A stretch of DNA of 63,984 bases, the filler included, from Nitrospirota bacterium (GTDB taxonomy: Bacteria; UBA2233): assembly GCA_011620345.1 (NCBI GenBank). It is 6 parts of 6 records of this genome, joined end to end, with 100 filler letters (N's around TTAATTAATTAA, not from the genome) between each part and the next. Parts side by side here need not be neighbours in the genome. Positions count along the whole stretch, not along the records: positions 1 to 12,362 come from WOZJ01000008.1; 5 more parts are not named here. One strand, written 5' to 3'. A model generated the notes under the pieces. It did not search any database, had not been told where the DNA came from, and saw only the letters and a program-made list of their open reading frames with translations. Made by a program: the position numbers and the translations under genes. Positions 1 to 9,433 of this stretch are shown in pieces. Every line of letters starts with the position of its first letter. The stretch's first letter is position 1.

Positions 1-98
1 GTACAAACAATTCTCCAGCCCCCAATTTTTGGTACTTGCTGAAAGCCACTCTGTGTTATATTGAAGGCATAAAAACAACGGACGTTCCAGGGGGGGCC

Positions 99-1700
99 AT
101 GAACATCATCTCAGGCGTAGGAAGAGAGCTCCATGCACTCTTTGAAGACTTTGATGCCCTAGGAATCCGCAACGCCAACGCCGTCTACTGGAACTTAACT
201 ACGGGCGCACTCTATGAAGAGGCCGTCAGGCGTTCCGAGGGCCTGATCGCGCACCATGGCCCGCTGGTTGTCCGGACAGGCCACCACACGGGCCGTTCGC
301 CCAACGATAAGTTCATCGTCCACGACGAAACGACCGATTCGCTCGTAAACTGGGGGCCCGTAAATCAGCCTTTCACCCCAGAGGCCTTCGAAAGGCTCTA
401 TACGAGACTGCTTGCCTACTTGCAAGGCAAGGACCTCTTCATTCAGGATTGCTTGATCGGCCAGCATCCCAAGGCACGGGTAACGCTCCGGGTGATTACA
501 GAGAGCGCCTGGCACAGCCTGTTTGCCAGAAACCTATTCATCAGGCTTTTGCCAGGCCAAACCTTGCCAGAAAAGCCCTCTTGGACGCTCATCCAAGCCC
601 CCCGCTTCCATGCGATCCCGGAGATCGACCATACCCGCCAGGAGGTGTTCGTCATCCTAAACTTCGCCAGGAGGCTTGTATTGATCGGAGGCACGAGCTA
701 TGCGGGCGAAATCAAGAAGGCGATGTTCAGCGTGGCCAATTTCTTATACCCACAGATGGGCATTCTTTCGATGCACTGCTCGGCCAACGTGGGCAAAGAG
801 GGCGATACGGCGCTGTTTTTCGGGCTCTCTGGAACGGGAAAGACTTCGCTTTCGGCCGACCCGGAGCGCGCGCTGATCGGAGACGACGAGCACGGATGGG
901 CCGACGAGGGGGTTTTCAACATCGAAGGAGGGTGCTACGCCAAGACGATCAACCTCTCCAAGCAGGCCGAGCCGGTCATTTACGCTTGTACGCGGCGCTT
1001 CGGGACGGTTCTGGAGAACGTCTCGATCGACACGCAGACCAGGAGGCTCGACTTGGACGATGCAAGCCTCACCGAGAACACCAGGGCGGCATACCCCTTG
1101 AGCTACGTCACAAACGCTTACGAAGGCACGATCGCGGGGCACCCAAAGGTTATCTTTCTTTTAACCTGCGATGCCTTCGGTGTCTTGCCACCGATCGCCA
1201 AGCTCACCCCCGAGCAGGCGATGGCGCACTTCCTTTTGGGCTACACGGCCAAGGTTGCGGGAACGGAAAAAGGGCTCGGTAGCGAACCTCAAGCGACCTT
1301 CAGCGCGTGCTTTGGCGCACCCTTCCTGCCGCTTGCACCAAAGCGCTATGCAGAACTGTTCAAAGAGTGCACTCAGAACCACGAAGCAAGCATCTACCTG
1401 GTAAACACCGGCTGGATCAACGGGCCTTTCGGAGTTGGGGAGCGAATTCCCATTTCCTACACCCGGGCCATGATCCGCGGCGCACTGAGCGGGGTGCTAG
1501 AAAAGGCTGGCTTTCAGAAAGACTCGGTGTTCGGCCTTAGGGTTCCCAATCGCGTAGAGGGCGTCCCGGAAGCGCTCCTGATGCCGAAGAACACGTGGCC
1601 TGACCCTAAAGCGTACGAAAGCCAGGCCAAGGTGCTGCTCCAAAGATTCCGGGAGCAGGCACAGAAGCTTGGCATCGAAGCAGACGACCTCCTGGCCTAG
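99..1700 (+). CDS. pckA: Phosphoenolpyruvate carboxykinase (ATP)
   Basis: TGRSPNDKF, GTSYAGEIKK, P-loop GLSGTGKT, IGDDEHGW, EGGCYAK, LTENTRAAYP motifs; ATG 99 after a G-rich RBS. Confidence 0.97.
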   Translation: MNIISGVGRELHALFEDFDALGIRNANAVYWNLTTGALYEEAVRRSEGLIAHHGPLVVRTGHHTGRSPNDKFIVHDETTDSLVNWGPVNQPFTPEAFERLYTRLLAYLQGKDLFIQDCLIGQHPKARVTLRVITESAWHSLFARNLFIRLLPGQTLPEKPSWTLIQAPRFHAIPEIDHTRQEVFVILNFARRLVLIGGTSYAGEIKKAMFSVANFLYPQMGILSMHCSANVGKEGDTALFFGLSGTGKTSLSADPERALIGDDEHGWADEGVFNIEGGCYAKTINLSKQAEPVIYACTRRFGTVLENVSIDTQTRRLDLDDASLTENTRAAYPLSYVTNAYEGTIAGHPKVIFLLTCDAFGVLPPIAKLTPEQAMAHFLLGYTAKVAGTEKGLGSEPQATFSACFGAPFLPLAPKRYAELFKECTQNHEASIYLVNTGWINGPFGVGERIPISYTRAMIRGALSGVLEKAGFQKDSVFGLRVPNRVEGVPEALLMPKNTWPDPKAYESQAKVLLQRFREQAQKLGIEADDLLA

Positions 1701-1712
1701 ACTGGGCTTTCT

Positions 1713-1926
1713 GGCCCCGCGCATGCGGGGCCTACTCCCGGCATTTTCGCCATGGCTCAAGCGATAGGCGAGGCATTCGTCCCACCATTACGCCCCCGCC
1801 CTATCCGCCGGGCCTGGAAAGCCCCGGCTATCGTCGTGGGAGATACACCATTCGCCCCCCTATAGGCGAGGCATTCACGTCCCGCCTGTTTGGCCGTACC
1901 GCCCGGGTTTGAAAACCATGGGCTAT
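1713..1926. repeat. Cluster of REP-like GC-rich palindromes between convergent pckA and cysH
   Basis: GGCCCCGC-gcat-GCGGGGCC-TAC at 1713-1735 (GTAG-led on minus); ATAGGCGAGGCATTC repeated at 1764 and 1862; ATAG-led hairpins on minus at ~1807-1831 and ~1899-1926. Confidence 0.6.
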
Positions 1927-1941
1927 TAAGGGCTCGGACAA

Positions 1942-2661
1942 TTAGCCCTTCTGGACGTTGCCCATGTGCAGGCCGCATTCCTTTTTGGTCGCCTCTTCCC
2001 ACCACCAACGGCCCTCTCGCTCGTGCTGGCCAGGGTTCACAGGCTTTGTACAGGGCTCGCAGCCGATCGAGACAAACCCTTTCTCGTGCAGCTCGTTGTA
2101 AGGAACGCCGTTTTCTACGATGTAGCCCCAGACCTGCTTCAAGCTCCAGTCGGCCAGGGGGTTGAACTTGACCAATCGATCCGTAAAGAACGTCGGGTCT
2201 ACCTGGACAACGGGAACGCGTGCCCTAGTGCCCGGGTTCTGGTCGTGGCGCTGGCCTGTCATCCAGGCCTCGAGCGTCGAGAGTATCCGCTTCAAGGGCT
2301 CGACCTTTCGAATACCGCAGCATTCACTATGACCTTCCTCGTAGAACGAGAAGAAGCCCTTTTGGGTCGTGAGGCGCTCGATTTCATTTGCATCCGGGAA
2401 CTGCACGTGGATCGCGATTCCATAGTGCTTACGCACACGATCTAAAAACCTGTAGGTCTCGGAGTGCAGCCTTCCCGTATCGAGGGTAAACACGCGAAAT
2501 TGCCGGCCGGTACGCTTGGCCATGTCGATCAACACGACGTCCTCGGCTCCGCTGAACGAAATGGCAAGGTTCGGGAAGCGCTCGAGCGCCTCGGCCACGA
2601 TCTCCACGGGATGGCTATGCTCGAGTGCTTGGTTCAGGCGTTCAATCTCTTGGGCGTTCAT
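1942..2661 (-). CDS. cysH: Assimilatory APS reductase (4Fe-4S CysH type)
   Basis: [45 protein letters not shown]. Confidence 0.95.
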   Translation of the reverse strand: MNAQEIERLNQALEHSHPVEIVAEALERFPNLAISFSGAEDVVLIDMAKRTGRQFRVFTLDTGRLHSETYRFLDRVRKHYGIAIHVQFPDANEIERLTTQKGFFSFYEEGHSECCGIRKVEPLKRILSTLEAWMTGQRHDQNPGTRARVPVVQVDPTFFTDRLVKFNPLADWSLKQVWGYIVENGVPYNELHEKGFVSIGCEPCTKPVNPGQHEREGRWWWEEATKKECGLHMGNVQKG

Positions 2662-2761
2662 GGTATTTCCTCCTTTTTTTACGCATCTTTAAAGGATCTA
2701 GCTCTTTACGGGGCCGCCCCTCCCCGGATGGGCGCGAGCCCAGATATTGATGATCGAGGCC

Positions 2762-3949
2762 TCAGCCAACGTGGGAGCGCATCGCATCGATCAACACCCT
2801 GGCAACCGCAGGCCTTGTGATCTCCTTGCCCGGCATCTCGCCATTCAAAAGTAGCTCTCTTAGCTTTGTTCCCGAAAGCGAAACGTGCGAGGAAGACGGG
2901 TGAGGGCAGGTCTTTGCCGTGGCCATCGCCTCGCAAGCGTTGCAGTAGAAGGCGTTGTCGAACTTGAGGATTTCCATTTCGAGTGCGCCCTTTGGGAGCG
3001 TATCGAATATTTTTTGGGCATCGAACGTGCCGTAGTAGCTGCCAACACCCGCATGGTCTCTACCCACGATGAAATGGGTACAGCCGTAGTTGAGGCGCAC
3101 AATCGCATGGAAAATGGCCTCCTTTGGGCCTGCATAGCGCATCGTGGCCGGGTTGATTCCGAGCACGACCCTGTCCTTGGGGAAGTAGTGCTCGATGAGC
3201 ACCTCGTAGCAGCGCATCCGAACGTCCGCCGGCACGTCGTCCGCCTTGGTCGCGCCGACGAGCGGGTGGAGGAACACCCCGTCCACTACCTCCAGCGCGC
3301 ATTTGATCAAGTATTCATGCGCCCTGTGGATGGGGTTGCGCGTCTGGAATCCGACGATCGTCTTCCAGCCCCTTTCCTGGAAGGCTTTGCGCGCGTCTAA
3401 AGGGCTCAAGCGGTGCTCGGGGAAGAGTTTAGGCAAGCGATCCAAATCGGCAAACGCCCTACCCGCCACAACCTGCGGGCTTTCTTCAAAGAGCATAGCC
3501 ACGCCAGGGTGTGCGGCATCGTCCGTTCCGAACGTGGCAAGCGCTTCTCTTTGGAGGTCGCGCTCGAACGCGTCCTCGACCTCCACGTAGCCTACGACCT
3601 TCCCCTCAAAGCAAAGGCCCACCGTTTCGCCAGGCTTGAGGGCTTTTTGAGGGTCGTCCAAGGGAAGCGTGATGGGGAAAGGGAAGAGCGTACCGTTTTG
3701 AAGGCACATGTCCTTAAGGACGTTTTCGTAATCCGCCTGGCCCATGAAGCCCGTAAGTGGGCTCAAGCCCCCGCTGGCGATCAGCTCCAAGTCCGAGAGC
3801 GCCTTGAGCCCCAGCTCGATGGCGTTTGTCTCGAGGGGCTCAACCTGGCAGCTTTCTAATCGGACGGCCTGACTTTGGACCAAGGGCCCTCCATGGGCCT
3901 TTGTGTGCACTTTGGATGAAGTAGACTGCATCAGGGTTGCTTCCTCCAT
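2762..3949 (-). CDS. sat: Sulfate adenylyltransferase (Sat type)
   Basis: FQTRNPIHRAHE, MRYAGPKEA, HFIVGRDHAGVG, zinc CxxC..C..H tail; start approximate. Confidence 0.96.
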   Translation of the reverse strand: MEEATLMQSTSSKVHTKAHGGPLVQSQAVRLESCQVEPLETNAIELGLKALSDLELIASGGLSPLTGFMGQADYENVLKDMCLQNGTLFPFPITLPLDDPQKALKPGETVGLCFEGKVVGYVEVEDAFERDLQREALATFGTDDAAHPGVAMLFEESPQVVAGRAFADLDRLPKLFPEHRLSPLDARKAFQERGWKTIVGFQTRNPIHRAHEYLIKCALEVVDGVFLHPLVGATKADDVPADVRMRCYEVLIEHYFPKDRVVLGINPATMRYAGPKEAIFHAIVRLNYGCTHFIVGRDHAGVGSYYGTFDAQKIFDTLPKGALEMEILKFDNAFYCNACEAMATAKTCPHPSSSHVSLSGTKLRELLLNGEMPGKEITRPAVARVLIDAMRSHVG

Positions 3950-3993
3950 GATTCAAATAATTATTTATTGCAATGTAAGCCCGCTTAAAAAAT

Positions 3994-4009
3994 GGCAAGA
4001 AACATGCCA
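3994..4009 (-). promoter_or_regulatory. sigma54 -24/-12 promoter upstream of sat
   Basis: Minus strand TGGCATG-TTTC-TTGCC, correct GG-N10-GC spacing, ~45 nt before sat. Confidence 0.65.
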
Positions 4010-4030
4010 GGCACCTGAACGCCAAGACAG

Positions 4031-4050
4031 GGCCGACTAGCCCGGCCTAC
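4031..4050 (-). repeat. Single GTAG-led REP-like palindrome
   Basis: Minus strand GTAGGCCG-ggctagt-CGGCC; same design as 1713-1735 but with a short stem. Confidence 0.35.
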
Positions 4051-4074
4051 CGGACAACGCCCCCCGTCCACGCC

Positions 4075-4419
4075 TTAACCCTTCGGCCCGTCAGGCCTGT
4101 AGAAGACGACGTTGGCCGCCTCTTTCGTGATGAGCCCTTCTTTGATCACCGCATCCAAGAATGGAAGGATTTTTCCTACGTTCTCCTCGGTGTCAACGAT
4201 CTCGACGACGACTGGGAGGTCCTCGGAGAGCCTCAAGATCTTGGCAGTGTGGATCTTCGAGTGCGCCCCGAACCCGAGCATGCCCTTAAAGACCGTCCCT
4301 CCAGATAGCCCGAGCGCACGAGCCTTCTCTAGGATCGCCTGGTAGAGGGGCTTGCCGCCGTAGTGGTCGCTTTCTCCGATGAACACCCTCAAGAGCACGC
4401 ATCTCCCTTCAAGTCGCAT
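4075..4419 (-). CDS. DUF190 (PII-like) protein
   Basis: LRVFIGESD, GFGAHSKIH, LSEDLPVVVEIVD; usual neighbour of crcB; RBS GGAGG. Confidence 0.9.
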   Translation of the reverse strand: MRLEGRCVLLRVFIGESDHYGGKPLYQAILEKARALGLSGGTVFKGMLGFGAHSKIHTAKILRLSEDLPVVVEIVDTEENVGKILPFLDAVIKEGLITKEAANVVFYRPDGPKG

Positions 4420-4434
4420 CGTCGAACCTCCCCG

Positions 4435-4809
4435 CTAAAAGAGACGAAAGAGGGTCAGGCCCAATAGCATCGAACCCAGGCCAAGCGCATGGCTGAGCGT
4501 AAAATATAAAAACGCTGTCAGGTAGGCCCGGTCCTCGAGCATGGAAAGCGCTTCAAAGACGAAAGAGGAAAACGTTGTGAACGCGCCGACAAACCCGATC
4601 AGCAAAACGGCCCTGGTCTCGCTCGAGATCAAGAAACGCTCTTCTGCGGCCCCAAAGATCAGCCCGAACAGGAAACATCCGAGCGTATTCACGGCAAGCG
4701 TACCAGCAGGGAAAAGGGCAGGAGTTCGAGTTTGAACCCAGCCGGCCATCGCATACCTTAGGAATGCGCCCGCCCCTCCCAAAAAGAACAGCGCTCCCAT
4801 CTTCCACAC
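4435..4809 (-). CDS. crcB: Fluoride channel Fluc/CrcB
   Basis: GGAGAFLRY, GTLAVNTLGCF, GFVGAFTTFSSF; start moved to GTG 4809 because the ORF-track extension is the riboswitch. Confidence 0.93.
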   Translation of the reverse strand: MWKMGALFFLGGAGAFLRYAMAGWVQTRTPALFPAGTLAVNTLGCFLFGLIFGAAEERFLISSETRAVLLIGFVGAFTTFSSFVFEALSMLEDRAYLTAFLYFTLSHALGLGSMLLGLTLFRLF

Positions 4810-4841
4810 AGGTCTCAACCCTCCTACCAAGCCCATCGCCC

Positions 4842-4896
4842 TAGTAGGCGTCATCAGCCCTGTCTGGAAGGCAGTTTTGGAGGACGCCATCTCCTT
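4842..4896 (-). ncRNA. Fluoride (crcB) riboswitch
   Basis: Minus strand GGAGATGGCGTCCTCC-AAAACTGCC...GGCTGATGACGCCTAC matches the crcB-motif architecture (GGCGT/ACGCC pseudoknot); directly upstream of crcB; TGTTATATT extended -10 just upstream. Confidence 0.92.
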
Positions 4897-5551
4897 TTGC
4901 TCTGTTTTTCAATATAACATAAAAAGTCCCGATGCATGCCGCATCGAACAAATGGCACTAGCATATTCTTGGCGATATGCAAAACACTCCTTAATTTTTA
5001 AACGCGCCAAATAGGCTGGCATTTTTGCTCGAAAGGCAGGTTGAAATAATTCATAAAATTATTATGAATATACCCAGGTATAAAATTCCAAGGTATAATG
5101 GCGATATCTCTTTCTCCCTAGCTCGCCTTCACGGGTATGCCCTATGGCAAGCATGCCTGGACGACGATCGATGGCGCCTGAATATTCCAAAAACACGGGG
5201 CTGTGAGCCTTGTATGCATTGACATGCCCGTATGCGAGTGGATATGATTCAAGACGGACCGGACCTTTAACTGCAACTTTGATTTTTCCAGGGAGGAGAA
5301 CACCCACTCTCAAGCCTACAGACGGCCTCAAGGGGTTGGCTTTGCGAAAGAGCGTGGGTAAGCCCGCGAAGGACTTGGAGCGATGAATCGGCTTCTCCAA
5401 GGAATAATGCCTTCTTTCGACTTTTGGGTATCCATCCCCGGCATTTTATAAAAAGAAGCGAGGGGGGAAATGTGCATCAGGGAATAGCGGGATGAGCAAA
5501 GAGTAGTAGTACAGGCGGGATCGTACACCTAACGCGAAAAGGAGGTTGCCT

Positions 5552-6856
5552 ATGGACGTATTGATGCTTTCGAGACTGCAGTTTGCCGTGGCCACGTTCT
5601 TTCACTTTCTTTTTGTTCCGCTGACGTTGGGGCTCTCCCTCCTGGTTGCCTTTATGGAGACAAAGTACGTGCGGTCAGGGGACGAGACCTACCTCAAAAT
5701 GACAAAATTCTGGGGGAAGCTTTTTCTGATCAACTTTACGATCGGAGTCGTTACCGGACTTACCCTTGAGTTTCAATTTGGGACGAATTGGTCGAACTAT
5801 TCTATGTTCATGGGAGACATCTTCGGCTCCTTGCTTGCCATCGAAGCTTTGGGATTCTTTTTTTTAGAGTCTATTTTACTCGGGGTGTGGATTTTTGGCT
5901 GGAAAAAGATTTCCAAGACAGCGCACGCCATCGTCATGTGGCTGGTTGCCTTCGCCGCTACAGGGTCGGCCGTCTGGATTCTAACCGCCAATGCATGGAT
6001 GCAGCATCCGGTTGGCTACGTAATCCGGAATGGCCGGGCCGAACTCGCGAACTTCGCCCAAGTGGCATTGAACCCCTTTGCAATTCTGATGCTTACGCAC
6101 ACGCTTTTTGCTGCATACATTATTAGCGCCTTTTTTGTGATGGGGATAAGCGCCTATCACCTTATCAGAAAACAGCATGTTGATTTCTTCACAAGGTCGT
6201 TCCGGATGGCGCTCGTCCTCGGGCTTGTCTTTTCGTTTGCCGAGATCGTAGAGGGACACATGCATGGGGCAGACCTAGCGCATAGTCAGCCTACCAAACT
6301 CGCGGCGCTCGAGTCGCACTGGCAAACCTCCAAGAATGCCCCCATCTACCTCTTTGCACTTCCAGACGATGCAAACGGGAAAAACAGGATTGAAATCGGC
6401 CCTATCCCAGGATTGTTAAGCCTCCTTGCATACCATAACATGAGTGCCGAAGTGAAGGGACTCGCAGATTTTCCAGCAGATGAGAGGCCTCCGGTGTTGA
6501 TTACCCATTTCGCCTTCAGGGCGATGGTAGGCTTGGGATTCTATTTCGCGCTCGTCACGTTGATCGGTTGGTTCAAGCGTAACAGCCTGCTGGAATCGCC
6601 ATGGTATTTGAAACTGATGCTTTACTCCACCCCACTGCCCTATATTGCAACCGAGCTGGGATGGACAGTAGCCGAGGTCGGTCGTCAGCCATGGATCGTT
6701 TACGGGCTGATGAGAACAAAAGACGCAGTTTCATCCATTGCCGCCTCACAGGTAGCGGTGACACTCGTAGGGTTTATTTTCGTGTATGGACTTCTTGGCG
6801 CAATCGGCTTCTATCTGATAATCAAGAAAGCGATAAAAGGACCGGCTGCGGATTGA
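5552..6856 (+). CDS. cydA: Cytochrome bd oxidase subunit I
   Basis: SRLQFA..FHFLF, EFQFGTNW, ANAWMQHP, QPTKLAALE, EVGRQPW; RBS GGAGG. Confidence 0.97.
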   Translation: MDVLMLSRLQFAVATFFHFLFVPLTLGLSLLVAFMETKYVRSGDETYLKMTKFWGKLFLINFTIGVVTGLTLEFQFGTNWSNYSMFMGDIFGSLLAIEALGFFFLESILLGVWIFGWKKISKTAHAIVMWLVAFAATGSAVWILTANAWMQHPVGYVIRNGRAELANFAQVALNPFAILMLTHTLFAAYIISAFFVMGISAYHLIRKQHVDFFTRSFRMALVLGLVFSFAEIVEGHMHGADLAHSQPTKLAALESHWQTSKNAPIYLFALPDDANGKNRIEIGPIPGLLSLLAYHNMSAEVKGLADFPADERPPVLITHFAFRAMVGLGFYFALVTLIGWFKRNSLLESPWYLKLMLYSTPLPYIATELGWTVAEVGRQPWIVYGLMRTKDAVSSIAASQVAVTLVGFIFVYGLLGAIGFYLIIKKAIKGPAAD

Positions 6857-6941
6857 CGATTTCCCTGCGGTTTCTTTAGGAACGATTTTGGCGGTGGAAA
6901 ACCGCTTTTGACGGTCTAAGAGATTTTACGGGAGGTCGAAA

Positions 6942-7970
6942 ATGGACTTGCAAGCAATCTGGTACTTCCTTTGGGTGCTCTTATGGGCTGTTTATTTTGC
7001 TACCGACGGGTTCGATCTGGGAATCGGAGCTCTTCTGCCTTTCCTGGGCAAGAATGATGAAGAAAAAAGGATCATGTTCAACTCGATCGGTCCTTTGTGG
7101 GATGGAAACGAGGTCTGGTTGATCACTGCCGGCGGTGTTACCTTTGCCGCCTTCCCGCTGATGTATGCGGTGATGTTCAGCTCACTGTACTCGGCATTGA
7201 TGTTGATACTCTTTGCTTTGATTATCAGGGGGGTCGCTTTTGAATTCCGAGGCAAGATCGACAGCCCCGGATGGAAGAAGTTGTGGGATTTTTGTCTGTT
7301 CATCGGTAGCCTTGTCCCCTCATTCCTCTTCGGCGTCGCATTCGCCAACATTTTTCAGGGCATCCCGATCGATGACAAGGGGGTCTATCACGGAACGTTG
7401 TTCACGCTGCTAAACCCTTACGGCATTCTGGGAGGCGCCCTATTTTTCCTTTTATTCCTTGTCCATGGTGCAATCTGGCTCGCCATCAAAAGCGATGGCG
7501 ACCTTCACGACCGCGCGGCAAGAACCGCAAGCGGGCTCTGGCCGGTTTTGCTTGTCGTCGCCGTCGTATTCCTGATCGCTTCGAAATTTACCACCCCGAT
7601 CTATGACAACTATACGGCCCATCCGATGCTGTTTCTACTCATCCTGATCACCGTGCTGGCCCTTTTAGGGGTAAAACTGTTTCTTTCCCTGAAGAACTAC
7701 TGGACGGCATGGCTTTCTTCAGCCGTAACGATCATCGGGGCAACCTTTTTCGGTTTCGTCGGGCTTTTCCCGAACATGTTCCCGTCGAGCCTGAACCCCG
7801 CCTTCAGTCTGACGGCATACAACGCCTCTTCGAGTCATCTGACTCTGCAAATTATGTTTACGCTTGCCGTGATTTTTGTTCCAGTGGTGCTTGCCTACCA
7901 GATCTGGGTATACAGCCTGTTCCGGCACAAGGTCTCCAAAGAGGAACTCGGGTACGACGAGGCCTATTGA
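6942..7970 (+). CDS. cydB: Cytochrome bd oxidase subunit II
   Basis: DGFDLG, GPLWDGNEVWLI, RGVAFEFR; RBS GGAGG. Confidence 0.97.
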   Translation: MDLQAIWYFLWVLLWAVYFATDGFDLGIGALLPFLGKNDEEKRIMFNSIGPLWDGNEVWLITAGGVTFAAFPLMYAVMFSSLYSALMLILFALIIRGVAFEFRGKIDSPGWKKLWDFCLFIGSLVPSFLFGVAFANIFQGIPIDDKGVYHGTLFTLLNPYGILGGALFFLLFLVHGAIWLAIKSDGDLHDRAARTASGLWPVLLVVAVVFLIASKFTTPIYDNYTAHPMLFLLILITVLALLGVKLFLSLKNYWTAWLSSAVTIIGATFFGFVGLFPNMFPSSLNPAFSLTAYNASSSHLTLQIMFTLAVIFVPVVLAYQIWVYSLFRHKVSKEELGYDEAY

Positions 7971-8007
7971 GTTCATAAAAGCGCCCTACGGGGCGTCATA
8001 AAACACT

Positions 8008-8047
8008 CGGCATTCATCCCTCGGCTTCGGTCGCGGGATGAATGCCG
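8008..8047 (+). terminator. Hairpin after cydB (terminator or REP-like)
   Basis: CGGCATTCATCCC...GGGATGAATGCCG, 13-bp perfect stem. Confidence 0.55.
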
Positions 8048-8238
8048 TTCATGCCTTCTTTTGCGCCTCAAACGCGGGAACCCCTCTCTCTAGACCTTGG
8101 ACGTCTATCCCTTTATTCGTAGCATAACCTAGCCGGGGGCAATGTTCGGCAGGTAGCAAGGTTTCTCCAGCGCCCTAGCGCTTCCTACAAAAATAGCGAC
8201 TCATCGGACAAAGGCAAAACGAATGCCAAAGCGCATAA

Positions 8239-8254
8239 TGGCATGGTTTTTGCA
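8239..8254 (+). promoter_or_regulatory. sigma54 -24/-12 promoter
   Basis: TGGCATG-GTTT-TTGCA, near-consensus, 60 nt before ATG 8314. Confidence 0.8.
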
Positions 8255-8313
8255 TCTACTTATTAGTGAGTCTATCCAATTCAATGAACCACTTCCAAAA
8301 AAGGAGGATCTTT

Positions 8314-8631
8314 ATGGAAGGGACTTTCAAGAAACGCATGGCCATCCTAGGCGCAAGCCTCGGGCTCCTATCCAGCCCGGCGCTGCTTGCTTCGGCGCTT
8401 GCCTACGAGCATTCTGGCCAGTCCTCGCTCGTGCAGCTTGCCGCTAAGGGCAAGAAGAAGGAAAAGAAGCCTATGCAGGAGACCTTCGAGCTTGCCGCAA
8501 AAGGCAAGAAAAAGGAGAAGAAGCCCCAAGAACACTTCGCCCAGGCTTCCGTCATGCAGCTTGCCGCCGCTAAGGGAAAGAAGGCGCCCAAGAAGCCACA
8601 AACCCCGCCTCCTAGCTCGCCCAGCATGTAG
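8314..8631 (+). CDS. Secreted Lys-rich repeat protein, 105 aa
   Basis: RBS AAGGAGG; signal peptide ending ALA; two copies of [QE]LAAKGKKKEKKP and a third variant QLAAAKGKKAPKKP; synonymous differences between copies. Confidence 0.85.
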   Translation: MEGTFKKRMAILGASLGLLSSPALLASALAYEHSGQSSLVQLAAKGKKKEKKPMQETFELAAKGKKKEKKPQEHFAQASVMQLAAAKGKKAPKKPQTPPPSSPSM

Positions 8632-8639
8632 CCTGCCAT

Positions 8640-8676
8640 CCCTGCGCCCCAATCTCGTTGGGGCGCAGGGCCTTTA
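8640..8676 (+). terminator. Intrinsic terminator after the repeat protein
   Basis: CCCTGCGCCCCAA-tctcg-TTGGGGCGCAGGG 13-bp stem, then a T-rich tract. Confidence 0.8.
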
Positions 8677-8695
8677 TTATTTTATAATTATATTT

Positions 8696-9430
8696 ATGGA
8701 AGTGCTCGGAAGTCTTTTCTACCGTTTAGGAGATACCTTTTTGCCTTTAGGCGTGCTCCTGCTTGTACTTGGCACGCAAGAGGTCGATGGAACTCCTGAG
8801 GCTTTCTTGTGGGTCATGGCAGGGTTTGGGCTTGCTTTTTTTGGCCAGCTCCTTAGGATCCTGACCGTTGGGTTCACGGAGATCAGCTACGGAGAAGAGA
8901 CTGGGGAGTTGTATGCCGAACGGCTCATTCAAGATGGGCTCTACGCCTTCCTGAGAAACCCCCTGTACTTGGGCAACTTTTTGATTGGGGTTGGCCTTCT
9001 TTGGCTGACGCATCGCCCGATGTTTCTTGTTTGTGGGACGTTGGGCCTTTGGGCTTGGACGCTCCTGCTCGTTGAGGCAGAAGAGGCTTACTTAGAAAAG
9101 AGGTTCAAAGAAGCCTACACGCTGTATAAAAAACGCGTGCCTAGGTTCTTTCCCCATCGAAAAAGCCCGTGGAAAGGCTTGAGCCCGGGGCGCTTCGAGA
9201 CCCGCAGGGTTCTGGTCAAGGAGGCGGATACGGCGTTGGCCTGGACCGGAACGTTGTGTTTGATGCTTGCCCGTGGCTACGGAAAACCCCTTCTTCGGCC
9301 TTCCCTCCTCCCGATCTTGGGCGCTTGCCTTTTGATGCTGAGCGTGACCTGGCGCCCCTTCCGGCTCGTTCTTCACCGGACAAAGAAGGCACCCTTGGTA
9401 CCTGATCCTTCCAAAGACTACAATTTTTGA
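8696..9430 (+). CDS. ICMT/PEMT-family membrane methyltransferase
   Basis: Several TM segments; GLYAFLRNPLYLGN and EEAYLEKRF..Y..Y...VPRFFP motifs; start ATG 8696. Confidence 0.85.
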   Translation: MEVLGSLFYRLGDTFLPLGVLLLVLGTQEVDGTPEAFLWVMAGFGLAFFGQLLRILTVGFTEISYGEETGELYAERLIQDGLYAFLRNPLYLGNFLIGVGLLWLTHRPMFLVCGTLGLWAWTLLLVEAEEAYLEKRFKEAYTLYKKRVPRFFPHRKSPWKGLSPGRFETRRVLVKEADTALAWTGTLCLMLARGYGKPLLRPSLLPILGACLLMLSVTWRPFRLVLHRTKKAPLVPDPSKDYNF

Positions 9431-9433
9431 AGG

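Noticed and set aside
5025-5528. Short ORFs upstream of cydA
   Set aside because: No motifs or convincing RBS; mutually overlapping
8387-8695. N-terminal extension of the methyltransferase ORF
   Set aside because: Alternate frame of the repeat-peptide gene that runs through its terminator
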